Under the pieces are notes generated by a model. The model made no database searches, was not told where the DNA came from, and saw only the letters and a list, made by a program, of their open reading frames with translations. Made by a program: the position numbers and the translations under genes. From assembly GCF_000027125.1 (NCBI RefSeq), contig NC_017626.1: a stretch of 64,000 bases of DNA; one strand, written 5' to 3'. Numbering within the stretch: the first letter of the stretch is position 1; each line of letters begins with the position of its first letter. Below are positions 19,946 to 31,700 of this stretch, piece after piece. This DNA is from Escherichia coli 042 (GTDB taxonomy: Bacteria; Pseudomonadota; Gammaproteobacteria; Enterobacterales; Enterobacteriaceae).

Positions 19946-21094
19946 ATGTTGATAAAAGTGAAGTCTGCCGTATCCTGGATGCGTGCTCGTCTGTCTGCCA
20001 TCTCACTGGCAGATATCCAAAAACACCTGGCGAAAATCATCATTCTGGCACCGATGGCGGTGCTGCTGATCTATCTGGCTATCTTCAGCCAGCCTCGCTA
20101 TATGAGCGAGTCGAAAGTCGCCATTAAACGCTCGGATGATTTAAACAGCGGCAGCCTGAATTTTGGTCTGCTTCTGGGTGCCTCTAACCCCAGTTCCGCA
20201 GAAGATGCGTTGTATCTGAAAGAGTACATCAACTCGCCGGATATGCTGGCGGCGCTGGATAAGCAACTAAATTTTCGTGAAGCGTTTAGCCACAGCGGGC
20301 TCGATTTTCTTAATCATCTTAGCAAGGATGAAACCGCAGAAGGCTTCCTGAAGTACTACAAGGACCGTATCAACGTCTCGTATGACGATAAAACCGGATT
20401 ACTGAATATTCAGACGCAGGGTTTTAGCCCGGAGTTTGCGCTTAAGTTTAACCAGACCGTGCTGAAAGAGTCAGAGCGCTTTATCAATGAGATGTCACAT
20501 CGCATCGCGCGTGACCAGCTTGCCTTTGCAGAAACGGAGATGGAAAAGGCACGCCAGCGTCTGGACGCCAGCAAAGCGGAATTGCTCTCTTATCAGGACA
20601 ACAACAACGTTCTGGATCCACAGGCACAGGCACAGGCGGCGAGCACGTTAGTGAATACGCTGATGGGCCAGAAGATCCAGATGGAAGCGGACCTGCGGAA
20701 CTTGCTGACGTATCTGCGTGAGGACGCCCCGCAAGTTGTGAGTGCGCGTAATGCGATTCAGTCATTGCAGGCACAAATTGACGAAGAAAAAAGCAAAATC
20801 ACAGCGCCGCAGGGTGACAAGCTAAACCGTATGGCGGTGGATTTTGAAGAAATCAAATCAAAAGTAGAGTTCAACACCGAGCTGTACAAACTGACCCTGA
20901 CCTCCATTGAAAAGACCCGTGTAGAAGCGGCTCGTAAGCTCAAGGTGCTGTCAGTGATCAGTTCGCCACAGTTGCCGCAGGAATCGTCTTTTCCAAATAT
21001 CCCTTATTTGATCGCCTGCTGGTTACTGGTGTGCTGCCTGCTGTTCGGCACCCTGAAACTGTTGCTGGCTGTTATTGAAGATCACCGAGACTAA
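19946..21094 (+). CDS. kpsE: capsule export inner-membrane protein KpsE
   Basis: 382 aa; N-terminal TM, coiled-coil periplasmic region, C-terminal amphipathic/TM; matches KpsE. Confidence 0.9.
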   Translation: MLIKVKSAVSWMRARLSAISLADIQKHLAKIIILAPMAVLLIYLAIFSQPRYMSESKVAIKRSDDLNSGSLNFGLLLGASNPSSAEDALYLKEYINSPDMLAALDKQLNFREAFSHSGLDFLNHLSKDETAEGFLKYYKDRINVSYDDKTGLLNIQTQGFSPEFALKFNQTVLKESERFINEMSHRIARDQLAFAETEMEKARQRLDASKAELLSYQDNNNVLDPQAQAQAASTLVNTLMGQKIQMEADLRNLLTYLREDAPQVVSARNAIQSLQAQIDEEKSKITAPQGDKLNRMAVDFEEIKSKVEFNTELYKLTLTSIEKTRVEAARKLKVLSVISSPQLPQESSFPNIPYLIACWLLVCCLLFGTLKLLLAVIEDHRD

Positions 21095-21114
21095 CGCTGT
21101 CGCTGAATGAGTTT

Positions 21115-22794
21115 GTGATGAAATTATTTAAATCAATTTTACTGATTGCCGCCTGTCACGCGGCGCAGGCCAGCGCGGCCATTGATATTAACGCTGACCC
21201 AAACCTTACAGGAGCCGCGCCGCTTACCGGTATTCTGAACGGGCAACAGTCGGATACGCAAAACATGAGCGGCTTCGACAATACCCCGCCGCCCGCACCG
21301 CCGGTGGTAATGAGCCGTATGTTTGGTGCTCAACTTTTCAACGGCACCAGCGCGGATAGCGGTGCGACGGTAGGATTCAACCCTGACTATATTCTGAATC
21401 CGGGTGATAGCATTCAGGTTCGCTTGTGGGGTGCGTTCACCTTTGATGGTGCATTACAGATTGATCCCAAAGGTAATATTTTTCTGCCAAACGTTGGTCC
21501 GGTGAAAGTTGCCGGGGTTAGCAATAGTCAGTTGAACACTCTGGTTACATCAAAAGTGAAGGAAGTGTACCAGTCCAACGTCAACGTCTACGCCTCCTTA
21601 TTACAGGCGCAGCCAGTAAAAGTGTACGTGACCGGATTTGTGCGTAATCCTGGTCTGTATGGCGGTGTGACGTCTGATTCGTTACTCAATTATCTGATCA
21701 AGGCTGGCGGCGTTGATCCAGAGCGCGGAAGTTACGTTGATATTGTGGTCAAGCGCGGTAACCGCGTGCGCTCCAACGTCAACCTGTACGACTTCCTGCT
21801 GAACGGCAAACTGGGGCTTTCGCAGTTCGCCGATGGTGACACCATCATCGTCGGGCCGCGTCAGCATACTTTCAGCGTTCAGGGCGATGTCTTTAACAGC
21901 TACGACTTTGAGTTCCGCGAAAGCAGCATTCCCGTAACGGAAGCGTTGAGCTGGGCGCGCCCTAAGCCTGGCGCGACTCACATTACGATTATGCGTAAAC
22001 AGGGGCTGCAAAAACGCAGCGAATACTATCCGATCAGTTCTGCGCCAGGCCGTATGTTGCAAAATGGCGATACCTTAATCGTGAGCACTGACCGCTATGC
22101 CGGCACCATTCAGGTGCGGGTTGAAGGCGCACACTCCGGTGAACATGCCATGGTACTGCCTTATGGTTCCACTATGCGTGCGGTTCTGGAAAAAGTCCGT
22201 CCGAACAGCATGTCGCAGATGAACGCGGTTCAGCTTTATCGCCCATCAGTGGCTCAGCGTCAGAAAGAGATGCTGAATCTCTCGCTGCAAAAGCTGGAGG
22301 AAGCATCACTTTCTGCCCAGTCATCCACCAAAGAAGAAGCCAGCCTGCGAATGCAGGAAGCACAACTGATCAGCCGCTTTGTGGCGAAAGCACGCACCGT
22401 GGTTCCGAAAGGTGAAGTGATCCTCAACGAATCCAATATTGATTCTGTTCTGCTTGAAGATGGCGACGTCATCAATATTCCGGAGAAAACATCGCTGGTT
22501 ATGGTTCATGGCGAAGTGCTGTTCCCGAACGCGGTGAGCTGGCAGAAGGGTATGACCACCGAGGATTACATCGAGAAATGTGGTGGCCTGACGCAAAAAT
22601 CGGGTAACGCCAGAATTATCGTCATTCGTCAGAACGGTGCAGCCGTCAACGCAGAAGATGTGGATTCACTCAAACCGGGCGATGAGATTATGGTTCTGCC
22701 GAAATATGAATCGAAAAATATTGAAGTTACCCGTGGTATTTCCACCATCCTCTATCAGCTGGCGGTGGGTGCAAAAGTGATTCTGTCTTTGTAA
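21115..22794 (+). CDS. kpsD: capsule export periplasmic/outer-membrane protein KpsD
   Basis: 559 aa with signal peptide MKLFKSILLIAACHAAQASA. Confidence 0.9.
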   Translation: MMKLFKSILLIAACHAAQASAAIDINADPNLTGAAPLTGILNGQQSDTQNMSGFDNTPPPAPPVVMSRMFGAQLFNGTSADSGATVGFNPDYILNPGDSIQVRLWGAFTFDGALQIDPKGNIFLPNVGPVKVAGVSNSQLNTLVTSKVKEVYQSNVNVYASLLQAQPVKVYVTGFVRNPGLYGGVTSDSLLNYLIKAGGVDPERGSYVDIVVKRGNRVRSNVNLYDFLLNGKLGLSQFADGDTIIVGPRQHTFSVQGDVFNSYDFEFRESSIPVTEALSWARPKPGATHITIMRKQGLQKRSEYYPISSAPGRMLQNGDTLIVSTDRYAGTIQVRVEGAHSGEHAMVLPYGSTMRAVLEKVRPNSMSQMNAVQLYRPSVAQRQKEMLNLSLQKLEEASLSAQSSTKEEASLRMQEAQLISRFVAKARTVVPKGEVILNESNIDSVLLEDGDVINIPEKTSLVMVHGEVLFPNAVSWQKGMTTEDYIEKCGGLTQKSGNARIIVIRQNGAAVNAEDVDSLKPGDEIMVLPKYESKNIEVTRGISTILYQLAVGAKVILSL

Positions 22795-22803
22795 GGAGTT
22801 GAG

Positions 22804-23544
22804 ATGAGCAAAGCAGTTATTGTCATTCCGGCTCGCTATGGCTCCTCGCGCCTGCCGGGTAAGCCACTGCTCGATATTGTTGGTAAACCGATGATCCAGC
22901 ATGTTTACGAGCGTGCGTTACAGGTGGCGGGCGTCGCAGAAGTTTGGGTGGCAACAGACGATCAGCGTGTTGAAAAGGCCGTGCAGGCATTTGGCGGGAA
23001 AGCCATCATGACGCGCAACGATCATGAATCCGGCACCGATCGGCTGGTCGAGGTGATGCATAAAGTCGAGGCAGATATCTACATTAACCTGCAGGGCGAC
23101 GAACCAATGATTCGCCCGCGGGATGTAGAAACGCTGCTACAAGGAATGCGTGATGATCCCGCGTTGCCAGTGGCAACGCTATGCCACGCGATTTCTGCCG
23201 AAGAAGCGACCGAGCCAAGCACGGTAAAAGTAGTGGTAAATACCCGCCAGGATGCGCTTTATTTCAGCCGTTCGCCGATTCCGTATCCGCGTAATGCTGA
23301 AAAAGCGCGCTACCTGAAACACGTTGGTATTTACGCTTATCGTCGCGATGTGCTGCAAAACTACAGTCAGTTACCAAGGACGGCATTAAGTCAAATCGAG
23401 GAACTGGAGCAGCTACGGTTAATGAACGCGGGGATCAACATTCGCACATTTGAGGTTGCCGCAACCGGTCCGGGCGTCGACACCCCGGCATGCCTTGAAA
23501 AGGTGCGTGCCCTGATGGCGCAAGAACTGGCTGAAAACGCATGA
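22804..23544 (+). CDS. kpsU: CMP-Kdo synthetase KpsU (KdsB family)
   Basis: 246 aa; [18 protein letters not shown] nucleotide-binding motif. Confidence 0.9.
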   Translation: MSKAVIVIPARYGSSRLPGKPLLDIVGKPMIQHVYERALQVAGVAEVWVATDDQRVEKAVQAFGGKAIMTRNDHESGTDRLVEVMHKVEADIYINLQGDEPMIRPRDVETLLQGMRDDPALPVATLCHAISAEEATEPSTVKVVVNTRQDALYFSRSPIPYPRNAEKARYLKHVGIYAYRRDVLQNYSQLPRTALSQIEELEQLRLMNAGINIRTFEVAATGPGVDTPACLEKVRALMAQELAENA

Positions 23545-25568
23545 TTGGCATTTACTCGCCTGGCATCTGGCGTATTCCGCATCTGGAGAAATTTCTGGCA
23601 CAACCGTGCCAGAAACTTTCTCTGCTGCGTCCTGTTCCGCAAAACGTCGATGCTATCGCCGTGTGGGGACATCGTCCCAGCGCGGCGAAACCAGTCGCCA
23701 TCGCCAAAGCAGCGGGAAAACCCGTCATTCGTCTGGAAGATGGATTTGTGCGTTCGCTGGATCTTGGCGTCAATGGCGAGCCGCCGCTTTCTCTGGTGGT
23801 GGATGATTGTGGCATTTACTACGATGCCAGCAAGCCTTCAGCACTGGAGAAACTGGTACAGGATAAAGCCGGAAATACAGCTCTGATAAGCCAGGCCAGA
23901 GAAGCGATGCACACCATCGTGACCGGGGATTTGTCGAAATATAACCTGGCACCTGCGTTTGTGGCTGATGAGTCAGAACGTTCAGACATCGTTCTGGTTG
24001 TCGATCAGACATTTAATGATATGTCAGTGACGTATGGCAATGCTGGCCCGCATGAGTTTGCTGCCATGCTGGAAGCCGCGATGGCGGAAAATCCTCAAGC
24101 CGAAATTTGGGTGAAGGTGCACCCAGATGTACTGGAAGGAAAGAAAACAGGTTATTTCGCCGATCTGCGCGCCACGCAACGAGTACGTTTAATTGCCGAG
24201 AATGTCAGCCCGCAGTCGCTGTTGCGACACGTTTCCCGGGTTTACGTCGTGACCTCCCAGTACGGCTTTGAAGCCTTGCTGGCAGGAAAACCGGTGACAT
24301 GCTTCGGCCAGCCCTGGTATGCAGGCTGGGGCTTAACCGACGATCGCCATCCGCAGTCCGCTTTGTTATCTGCCCGACGCGGTTCTGCCACGCTGGAGGA
24401 ACTTTTTGCCGCTGCATACCTGCGTTACTGTCGCTATATCGATCCGCAAACGGGAGAAGTAAGCGATCTATTTACCGTGCTGCAATGGCTGCAATTACAA
24501 CGTCGACATCTGCAACAGCGTAATGGTTATTTATGGGCGCCAGGCTTAACGCTGTGGAAGTCGGCAATCCTGAAACCTTTCTTGCGTACCGCAACAAACA
24601 GACTGAGTTATTCACGCCGTTGTACTGCGGCGACGGCTTGCGTGGTATGGGGTGTAAAGGGAGAACAGCAATGGCGAGCCGAAGCGCAACAAAAATCACT
24701 GCCGTTATGGCGAATGGAAGATGGTTTTCTGCGTTCATCCGGACTTGGCTCTGACCTGCTGCCGCCGCTATCGTTGGTACTGGATAAACGCGGGATCTAC
24801 TATGACGCCACGCGCCCCAGCGACCTGGAAGTCCTGCTTAATCACAGCCAGTTAACGCTGGCGCAGCAGATGCGAGCTGAAAAATTACGCCAGCGACTGG
24901 TTGAAAGCAAACTGAGCAAATACAACCTAGGGGCCGATTTTTCTCTGCCTGCCGAGGCCAAAGATAAAAAAGTTATCCTGGTGCCGGGTCAGGTAGAAGA
25001 CGATGCCTCGATTAAAACCGGCACAGTCTCGATTAAGAGCAACCTTGAGTTATTACGCACAGTACGCGAGCGTAATCCGCACGCTTACATTATTTATAAA
25101 CCGCACCCGGATGTACTGGTGGGGAATCGCAAGGGCGATATTTCGGCAGAATTGACTGCTGAACTTGCTGACTATCAGGCACTGGACGCAGATATTATTC
25201 AATGCATTCAGCGCGCAGATGAAGTGCACACCATGACATCATTGTCCGGGTTTGAAGCGTTATTACATGGCAAGCAAGTTCATTGTTACGGCCTGCCCTT
25301 CTATGCCGGTTGGGGTTTAACCGTCGATGAACATCACTGCCCGCGCCGCGAACAAAAATTAACGTTAGCAGATTTGATCTATCAGGCGTTGATTGTTTAT
25401 CCAACCTATATCCACCCAACACGGCTACAACCTATTACGGTTGAAGAGGCGGCGGAATATTTGATCCAGACGCCGCGCAAGCCGATGTTTATTACCCGAA
25501 AAAAAGCGGGGCGAGTAATACGCTATTACCGCAAATTAATTATGTTCTGCAAGGTCAGATTTGGCTAA
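23541..25568 (+). CDS. kpsC: KpsC (beta-Kdo transferase, capsule glycolipid linker synthesis)
   Basis: 675 aa, duplicated domain architecture; 4-bp overlap with kpsU. Confidence 0.9.
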   Translation: MIGIYSPGIWRIPHLEKFLAQPCQKLSLLRPVPQNVDAIAVWGHRPSAAKPVAIAKAAGKPVIRLEDGFVRSLDLGVNGEPPLSLVVDDCGIYYDASKPSALEKLVQDKAGNTALISQAREAMHTIVTGDLSKYNLAPAFVADESERSDIVLVVDQTFNDMSVTYGNAGPHEFAAMLEAAMAENPQAEIWVKVHPDVLEGKKTGYFADLRATQRVRLIAENVSPQSLLRHVSRVYVVTSQYGFEALLAGKPVTCFGQPWYAGWGLTDDRHPQSALLSARRGSATLEELFAAAYLRYCRYIDPQTGEVSDLFTVLQWLQLQRRHLQQRNGYLWAPGLTLWKSAILKPFLRTATNRLSYSRRCTAATACVVWGVKGEQQWRAEAQQKSLPLWRMEDGFLRSSGLGSDLLPPLSLVLDKRGIYYDATRPSDLEVLLNHSQLTLAQQMRAEKLRQRLVESKLSKYNLGADFSLPAEAKDKKVILVPGQVEDDASIKTGTVSIKSNLELLRTVRERNPHAYIIYKPHPDVLVGNRKGDISAELTAELADYQALDADIIQCIQRADEVHTMTSLSGFEALLHGKQVHCYGLPFYAGWGLTVDEHHCPRREQKLTLADLIYQALIVYPTYIHPTRLQPITVEEAAEYLIQTPRKPMFITRKKAGRVIRYYRKLIMFCKVRFG

Positions 25569-25602
25569 ACAATTTCATAGTTGACTATTACGCAAATTAT
25601 TT

Positions 25603-26850
25603 ATGCAAGACAACGCACTAACCATTTTATTATCGGGTAAAAAATATCTGCTATTGCAGGGGCCAATGGGACCCTTTTTCAATGACGTCGCCGAATGGTT
25701 AGAGTCATTAGGCCGTAACGCTGTGAATGTTGTCTTCAACGGCGGGGATCGTTTTTACTGCCGCCATCGACAATACCTGGCTTACTACCAAACGCCGAAA
25801 GAGTTTCCCGGTTGGCTGCGAGATCTCCACCGACAATATGACTTTGATACCATCCTCTGCTTTGGTGACTGCCGCCCATTGCACAAAGAAGCAAAACGCT
25901 GGGCAAAGTCGAAAGGGATCCGCTTTCTGGCATTTGAAGAAGGATATTTACGCCCGCAATTTATAACCGTTGAAGAAGGCGGAGTGAACGCATATTCATC
26001 GCTACCGCGCGACCCGGATTTTTATCGTAAGTTGCCAGATATGCCTGCGCCGCACGTTGAGAACTTAAAACCTTCAACGATGAAACGTATAGGTCATGCG
26101 ATGTGGTATTACCTGATGGGTTGGCATTACCGTCATGAGTTCCCTCGCTACCGCCACCACAAATCATTTTCCCCGTGGTATGAAGCTCGTTGCTGGGTTC
26201 GTGCATACTGGCGCAAGCAACTTTACAAGGTAACACAGCGTAAGGTATTGCCGAGGTTAATGAATGAGCTGGATCAGCGTTATTATCTTGCCGTTTTGCA
26301 GGTGTATAACGATAGCCAGATTCGTAACCACAGCAATTATAACGATGTGCGTGACTATATTAATGAAGTCATGTACTCATTTTCGCGTAAAGCGCCAAAA
26401 GAAAGTTATTTGGTGATCAAACATCATCCGATGGATCGTGGTCACAGACTCTATCGACCATTAATTAAGCGGTTGAGTAAGGAATATGGCTTAGGTGAGC
26501 GCGTCATTTATGTGCACGATCTCCCGATGCCGGAATTATTACGCCACGCAAAAGCGGTGGTGACGATTAACAGTACGGCGGGGATCTCTGCGTTGATTCA
26601 TAATAAACCACTTAAAGTGATGGGCAATGCCCTGTACGACATCAAAGGCTTAACGTATCAAGGGCATTTGCACCAGTTCTGGCAGGCCGATTTTAAACCG
26701 GATATGAAACTGTTTAAGAAGTTTCGGGGGTATTTATTGATGAAGACGCAGGTTAATGCGGTTTATTATGGGGGAGTAAGCATTGGAGAAAAAAATAGGT
26801 ATGAAAGTGATTACTCCTATTATTCAAAGAAACCGCATCATAATGACTAA
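25603..26850 (+). CDS. kpsS: KpsS (Kdo transferase initiating linker on phosphatidylglycerol)
   Basis: 415 aa; MQDNALTILLSGKKYLLLQGPMGPFF matches KpsS. Confidence 0.9.
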   Translation: MQDNALTILLSGKKYLLLQGPMGPFFNDVAEWLESLGRNAVNVVFNGGDRFYCRHRQYLAYYQTPKEFPGWLRDLHRQYDFDTILCFGDCRPLHKEAKRWAKSKGIRFLAFEEGYLRPQFITVEEGGVNAYSSLPRDPDFYRKLPDMPAPHVENLKPSTMKRIGHAMWYYLMGWHYRHEFPRYRHHKSFSPWYEARCWVRAYWRKQLYKVTQRKVLPRLMNELDQRYYLAVLQVYNDSQIRNHSNYNDVRDYINEVMYSFSRKAPKESYLVIKHHPMDRGHRLYRPLIKRLSKEYGLGERVIYVHDLPMPELLRHAKAVVTINSTAGISALIHNKPLKVMGNALYDIKGLTYQGHLHQFWQADFKPDMKLFKKFRGYLLMKTQVNAVYYGGVSIGEKNRYESDYSYYSKKPHHND

Positions 26851-26958
26851 TAATTAGATAATCTACTAATTTTAATCAAAAAAATAATTATGTAAAACTA
26901 ACTATATGGATTAATGTGTTCATTATCTTTAGTTGCTAAAAATTAGCAAGTTATATAT

Positions 26959-28551
26959 TTATTTACACCTATAATTTTCGGGTGATGACATTGCCCAGGT
27001 TACTCCAGAAGATATGATGTTTGCCGGTGCCCCGGATATAATCTGATTAGATGTAAAAAATTTATTTTCCACAATACAACCGGCAGACACATAACATTCA
27101 TCAGAAATATGTGTTCCTTTTAGCAACATCACACGTGACCCAATCCAAACCCTATCCCCTATATTTATAGGCTGGCCCGGATTTAATAAGTAGCCATTGC
27201 TATCAAGAAGGGAATGCTCGTCCTGACAACAAATCTTAACATCGCTACCTATAACGCAACCATCTCCTATTTTACAACAATTATCGCCATTCAAATAAAT
27301 ATCTAGCTGCTTATCAATAATGCATGAGTTTCCAATACATACTTTTCCACCGATATTATTATTCAATATTGATAAGTTATTATATTTTGAATTTCCTAAA
27401 TGAACATAACCTCCACTATTTAATAAAATTGTAGAATCCTTAAAAGTGGCTCCATCTTCAATTACCACCATATTATTAACACCACTGAATTTCAACATTA
27501 AACCAGAAACAGATTGATATGTACCATCTGATACATACTCTATTTTATTTCCATATATAATTGTATTCTTATTAACTTTAAAATCTTTATACTTATGAAA
27601 TAATGAATATAATTCTTTAATTTTAGATTCAGATTTTGAACATTGCAAAAGTTTAATATCACCTGTAGAAATCTTGTTTATTTTTTCAATCCCAATGGAA
27701 TCTTTCCCATAAATATCATATCCAGTTGCATGATCTATATATCGTTTTACGTACTCTTCAAAGTTTATAGACTCATTATAAAATGAATAACAATGATCGG
27801 TTTTGATAAAGTTAAGGTTCAAATGTTTTATTACACTAGGGTATAAGGGAACGTGAATATGATTTTTAGAAAAAGGATATATATCGATATTTCTTTTTTT
27901 ATTAATTCCCAAACAATCAAGAATGCTATTTGTTAACCATAAAAAATAATCGTTTGTTGGGTGATTTACTGTCACCGACATATAATTACTGTAAATAGCA
28001 TTTTTTAAATATGGTACTGAAGGTATATCAACTTTATTTAATTTTTCACGTTGGTTTAGATCATTAAATGTTTTTGTTAAATTGTCCGTTATTGTTTTTT
28101 CATCATAAAAGTCAGGATCAGAAACGATTTTTATAATGTTTTCTGTGCGAATATTTGCTAACAGCAAAGAATTTATATTTTTATCGCCGTATGGAAATAT
28201 TCCTGAAGGAGATATCGAGTATTTCCTATTTGGCCTAATTACAGGATTTTGTGAGTGCTGGGGGAAATAAGCAGAAAGCCAAAAATTAGGAATGGATATT
28301 CGAATGCAATCCGAACGTAACTTACTACAAATATGATCTGTGCAAAAAAAAGGATCAAAGGTTGACGATACATGTTGATATATAAAAAGATCAATTTTGG
28401 ATAATGTATCATCATCCAAATAAGACTTATCTTTTAGATACACATCTTTAACTTTAACTAGATTGAAATAATTTATAAAATCAGTTTGTTCAAGAAAATT
28501 TTGTAGATGTGTATGCTGGCAATTCCCATAAATCATACATAGTTTTTTCAT
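26959..28551 (-). CDS. capsule region 2 protein: N-terminal domain of unknown function fused to C-terminal hexapeptide-repeat acyltransferase (probable capsule O-acetyltransferase)
   Basis: 530 aa, AT-rich; C-terminal IGDGCVIGSDV ... IGDRVWIGSRVMLLKGTHISDECYVSAGCIV hexapeptide repeats. Confidence 0.6.
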   Translation of the reverse strand: MKKLCMIYGNCQHTHLQNFLEQTDFINYFNLVKVKDVYLKDKSYLDDDTLSKIDLFIYQHVSSTFDPFFCTDHICSKLRSDCIRISIPNFWLSAYFPQHSQNPVIRPNRKYSISPSGIFPYGDKNINSLLLANIRTENIIKIVSDPDFYDEKTITDNLTKTFNDLNQREKLNKVDIPSVPYLKNAIYSNYMSVTVNHPTNDYFLWLTNSILDCLGINKKRNIDIYPFSKNHIHVPLYPSVIKHLNLNFIKTDHCYSFYNESINFEEYVKRYIDHATGYDIYGKDSIGIEKINKISTGDIKLLQCSKSESKIKELYSLFHKYKDFKVNKNTIIYGNKIEYVSDGTYQSVSGLMLKFSGVNNMVVIEDGATFKDSTILLNSGGYVHLGNSKYNNLSILNNNIGGKVCIGNSCIIDKQLDIYLNGDNCCKIGDGCVIGSDVKICCQDEHSLLDSNGYLLNPGQPINIGDRVWIGSRVMLLKGTHISDECYVSAGCIVENKFFTSNQIISGAPANIISSGVTWAMSSPENYRCK

Positions 28552-28779
28552 AATGCACTACCAAAACATATGACTTTAATATTAGCGAAGCATCGAATAT
28601 AATAAAAATTACTCAAGCCATTAAGAGTTGATATTAATTAATAACGATTGCATTTCGCTATGTAATTTATCTTATATTAATAGGAGGCATCGTTTATTGT
28701 AGATGCCTCCCATTAATGGGATTATATCACTTTATATTTCATGAAGGCTTTAGCATTTCATACAAAAACAACATTAGAA

Positions 28780-31700
28780 TTAATTTAGATATTTCACATA
28801 CATTTCACGCCCCTTATCCCAAATGATTTTTGTAATTTCACTTTTATAAAACTTGCGTTTGAAATATATAAAGGTATTCCTCTTCAAATTGGCTTCTTTT
28901 GGAACTGACTCCGGGACAGGACTAGGTTGCGTTTTGCTCTGTTCTTTATTTGGAATGATCTTTTTTACTGGTTTCGTAGCGGTAGTTGACTTCTTAAGTG
29001 GTGGATAAATTACAGGGAAATGTTTATCCTCATATAGAGGGTCGTCAGCGACATACTGATTTAATAACAATTGGTCTGTAGTATTACTGCAAAGATAAGA
29101 CAATGGGTAAACGAATGCATCCCGTGTTTGAGAGTTAATATACTCCCATTTGCCTTTAAATAAAGAAACGTAATCTTTACAGAACTCCTTCATATATACT
29201 TGTGATTTTAAAGTTAAAAGAGATGTTGCTGTAATTTCAGACGGAAAAATAATTGGTTTTACTGCTGATTCTGATTTCTCATAACCGTAACAGGTAGATG
29301 TTAAAGCATCTGATAATAGTAATTCATAAAATGATGGGAGAAATACTCGAAGCCCACGTCTAAAAGGATTAAATGTATCAACTAAGTAACTATTTATGTC
29401 ATTTACACATTTATGTTTCCTTTCACGGAACATAAATAAAGGTATATCAATCCCCATAAGATCAGCTAATATATCACGACTGGTTCCTCTTGCGCCCAAG
29501 TCGAATACAGCGAATTTTTTATTTTCGGTAATGCTAGTAATATATTCAATCAAATACTTATTTTTTTTATTTACTTCATTACTACATGAAGCAAAATCAT
29601 AGTATTTATGTATAAACTGTGAAATTTCATGTTTATTTTTACTACTGTCAGCAGACAAGTTCAGCTTCAACTCTTGCACTAACTTTTTAGCTATTCTATC
29701 ATTTGAAACGTCTATATCAAATACGTAATCTAAAAACTTTTTAACATTTAACTTTGAATTATAAAGAGACAGCAGCGTGCCTTTTAATGCTTTATTGTTA
29801 TATGCAGACAAGGTAGCTGTTCTGGATATATAAAAGTATACACTTTTAGGTAACTGATGATTATACAGTGTATCATTTATATAATTGTAAACATCAAAAA
29901 CGACTCTGGAATCTCTTGAAGAAAAAAGTATTTTCTCATAATTGCTATTTTTTGTATTTTGTATAAGCCAGTGAGTGAGACTTAAAACTAATGGTCCAAA
30001 AATATAATAACCAAGAAGCGCACTTGAATTATTGATAGAAGTTTTATGATCAAATGGAACGAATGGATTATCAAATAGCTTATTAGCGATCATTCCAAGA
30101 TAAAATGAAAAGTTTTCTTTATAGACAAAACCTAATACATCAGGCTTAAACAGATTAGTTTTTCTAAATTCATCTATTGCCTTAGGATAATGCTCTGCCA
30201 GTAATCCATTATCGGTAGCTCTCTGAACATCAGATTTTAAATTATCCCCGATGAATAGAGTTTTAGAAGCATCAAAACCTTCTTTCAATAATATAAGCTT
30301 GAATAAGGAACCATTATATTTTACTTTATTGTACTCACATGAGATATAAACTGGTATCTGATTAATTTCATATCCATTACTTATTAAAATATCTTTTAAT
30401 AAGTCTTCCGGTAAGTACATATCAGAAGCAACAAATAAATTTTTATGATGGATTTTAGCCAGTGTAAAATATTCTAACATTGTTTCTCTTGGAGTGAGTA
30501 ACTGGCGTTCCATTTCACATTCTATGTTTTTTATTTTACTTATTGTATCATCTGTAAATCCAGTACTTTCTTGTAATTTATTATATATCTCATCTAGCGT
30601 TACTTCTATTTTACCTTGTCTAGCCAAGCTTTCTGCATGAATTCTTGTTGTTGAAAAATTAAAACTCCTTAATTTTGTTACTTTATATATATCTTCTTCT
30701 ATTAGATTAAATAGATCTGTTGGCTTGACCAACGGACGGCATAACAAAGTATCAAAAATATCAAAACCAATATTTCTTATATTATCATTAATTAAATAAC
30801 CAAGTAATTTTTCAAATTTAGTTTGCTCATAGTTTATATGTACATTATTCTGTAAAAGAAGCTGCTGAGAAAGTCTCGCTTTATATCCACGCAATGTTCC
30901 CAATTGCGGAAGATACTTAATATATTCGTTATTTTCAATGTTTTTTATTATTTGTTTTAAATATAAGAAACTATTTTTTTCATTACGTAAAAAACGAGTG
31001 TTAACTTTATGTGTTAATACGTACTTAATTATTTTATTACTTATATCAATATAATCAGATGAAAGAGTTGCATTGGTTGATAAGTAATTATACACATGTT
31101 CAACAGTACCAATTGAAAATTTGCTATTAGGGCTATTTCCATAGCTAAAAATTGGCTTCCCTAAAAGCATGGCTGGCATAAATATATTTGAGTAAATATT
31201 TATAACAGCATCAACATGAGGAAGTACTCTTATAGAAATATCATTATCAATAGATGACACTTTATCGAGATTAATTATCCTTTCATTATTATCAATATAA
31301 TGATCGTTTTCTGTTCTATCTAACGAGTGTTTTGAATAAACTATTGCGCAATCATTTGGAATTTGTTCTAAAAGAAACTGTAAAAAAGCTGCATTAGATG
31401 AAAATCCAGAATATTTTTTAAATCGTAATGAAGGAAAATTTCCCGGATAGAATATCAAATATTTAAATTTACTGTCAGGATCGAGAGTTTTTCTATTTAT
31501 TTGTGTTTCAAATATAATGTTATCTTGATAATATTTTTTTAAATTTTGTATATCGATAACATCCTCTGGTACTATTTCAACTTTTTTTATAGCTTCAAAA
31601 AAGGCATCATCATATTTTTTGTCTTTTGTTGAAACATTAAATAACACATCGGGGTTGTTATTTTCCAATCGCCAGAAACCAGTATGAGAGCCCTCAAGCA

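Noticed and set aside
19592..25422. Antisense ORFs within kpsF, kpsE, kpsD, kpsU and kpsC (for example 19592..19864, 20484..20774, 21682..22062, 23391..23672, 25195..25422)
   Set aside because: Shadow ORFs opposite well-supported kps region 1 genes.
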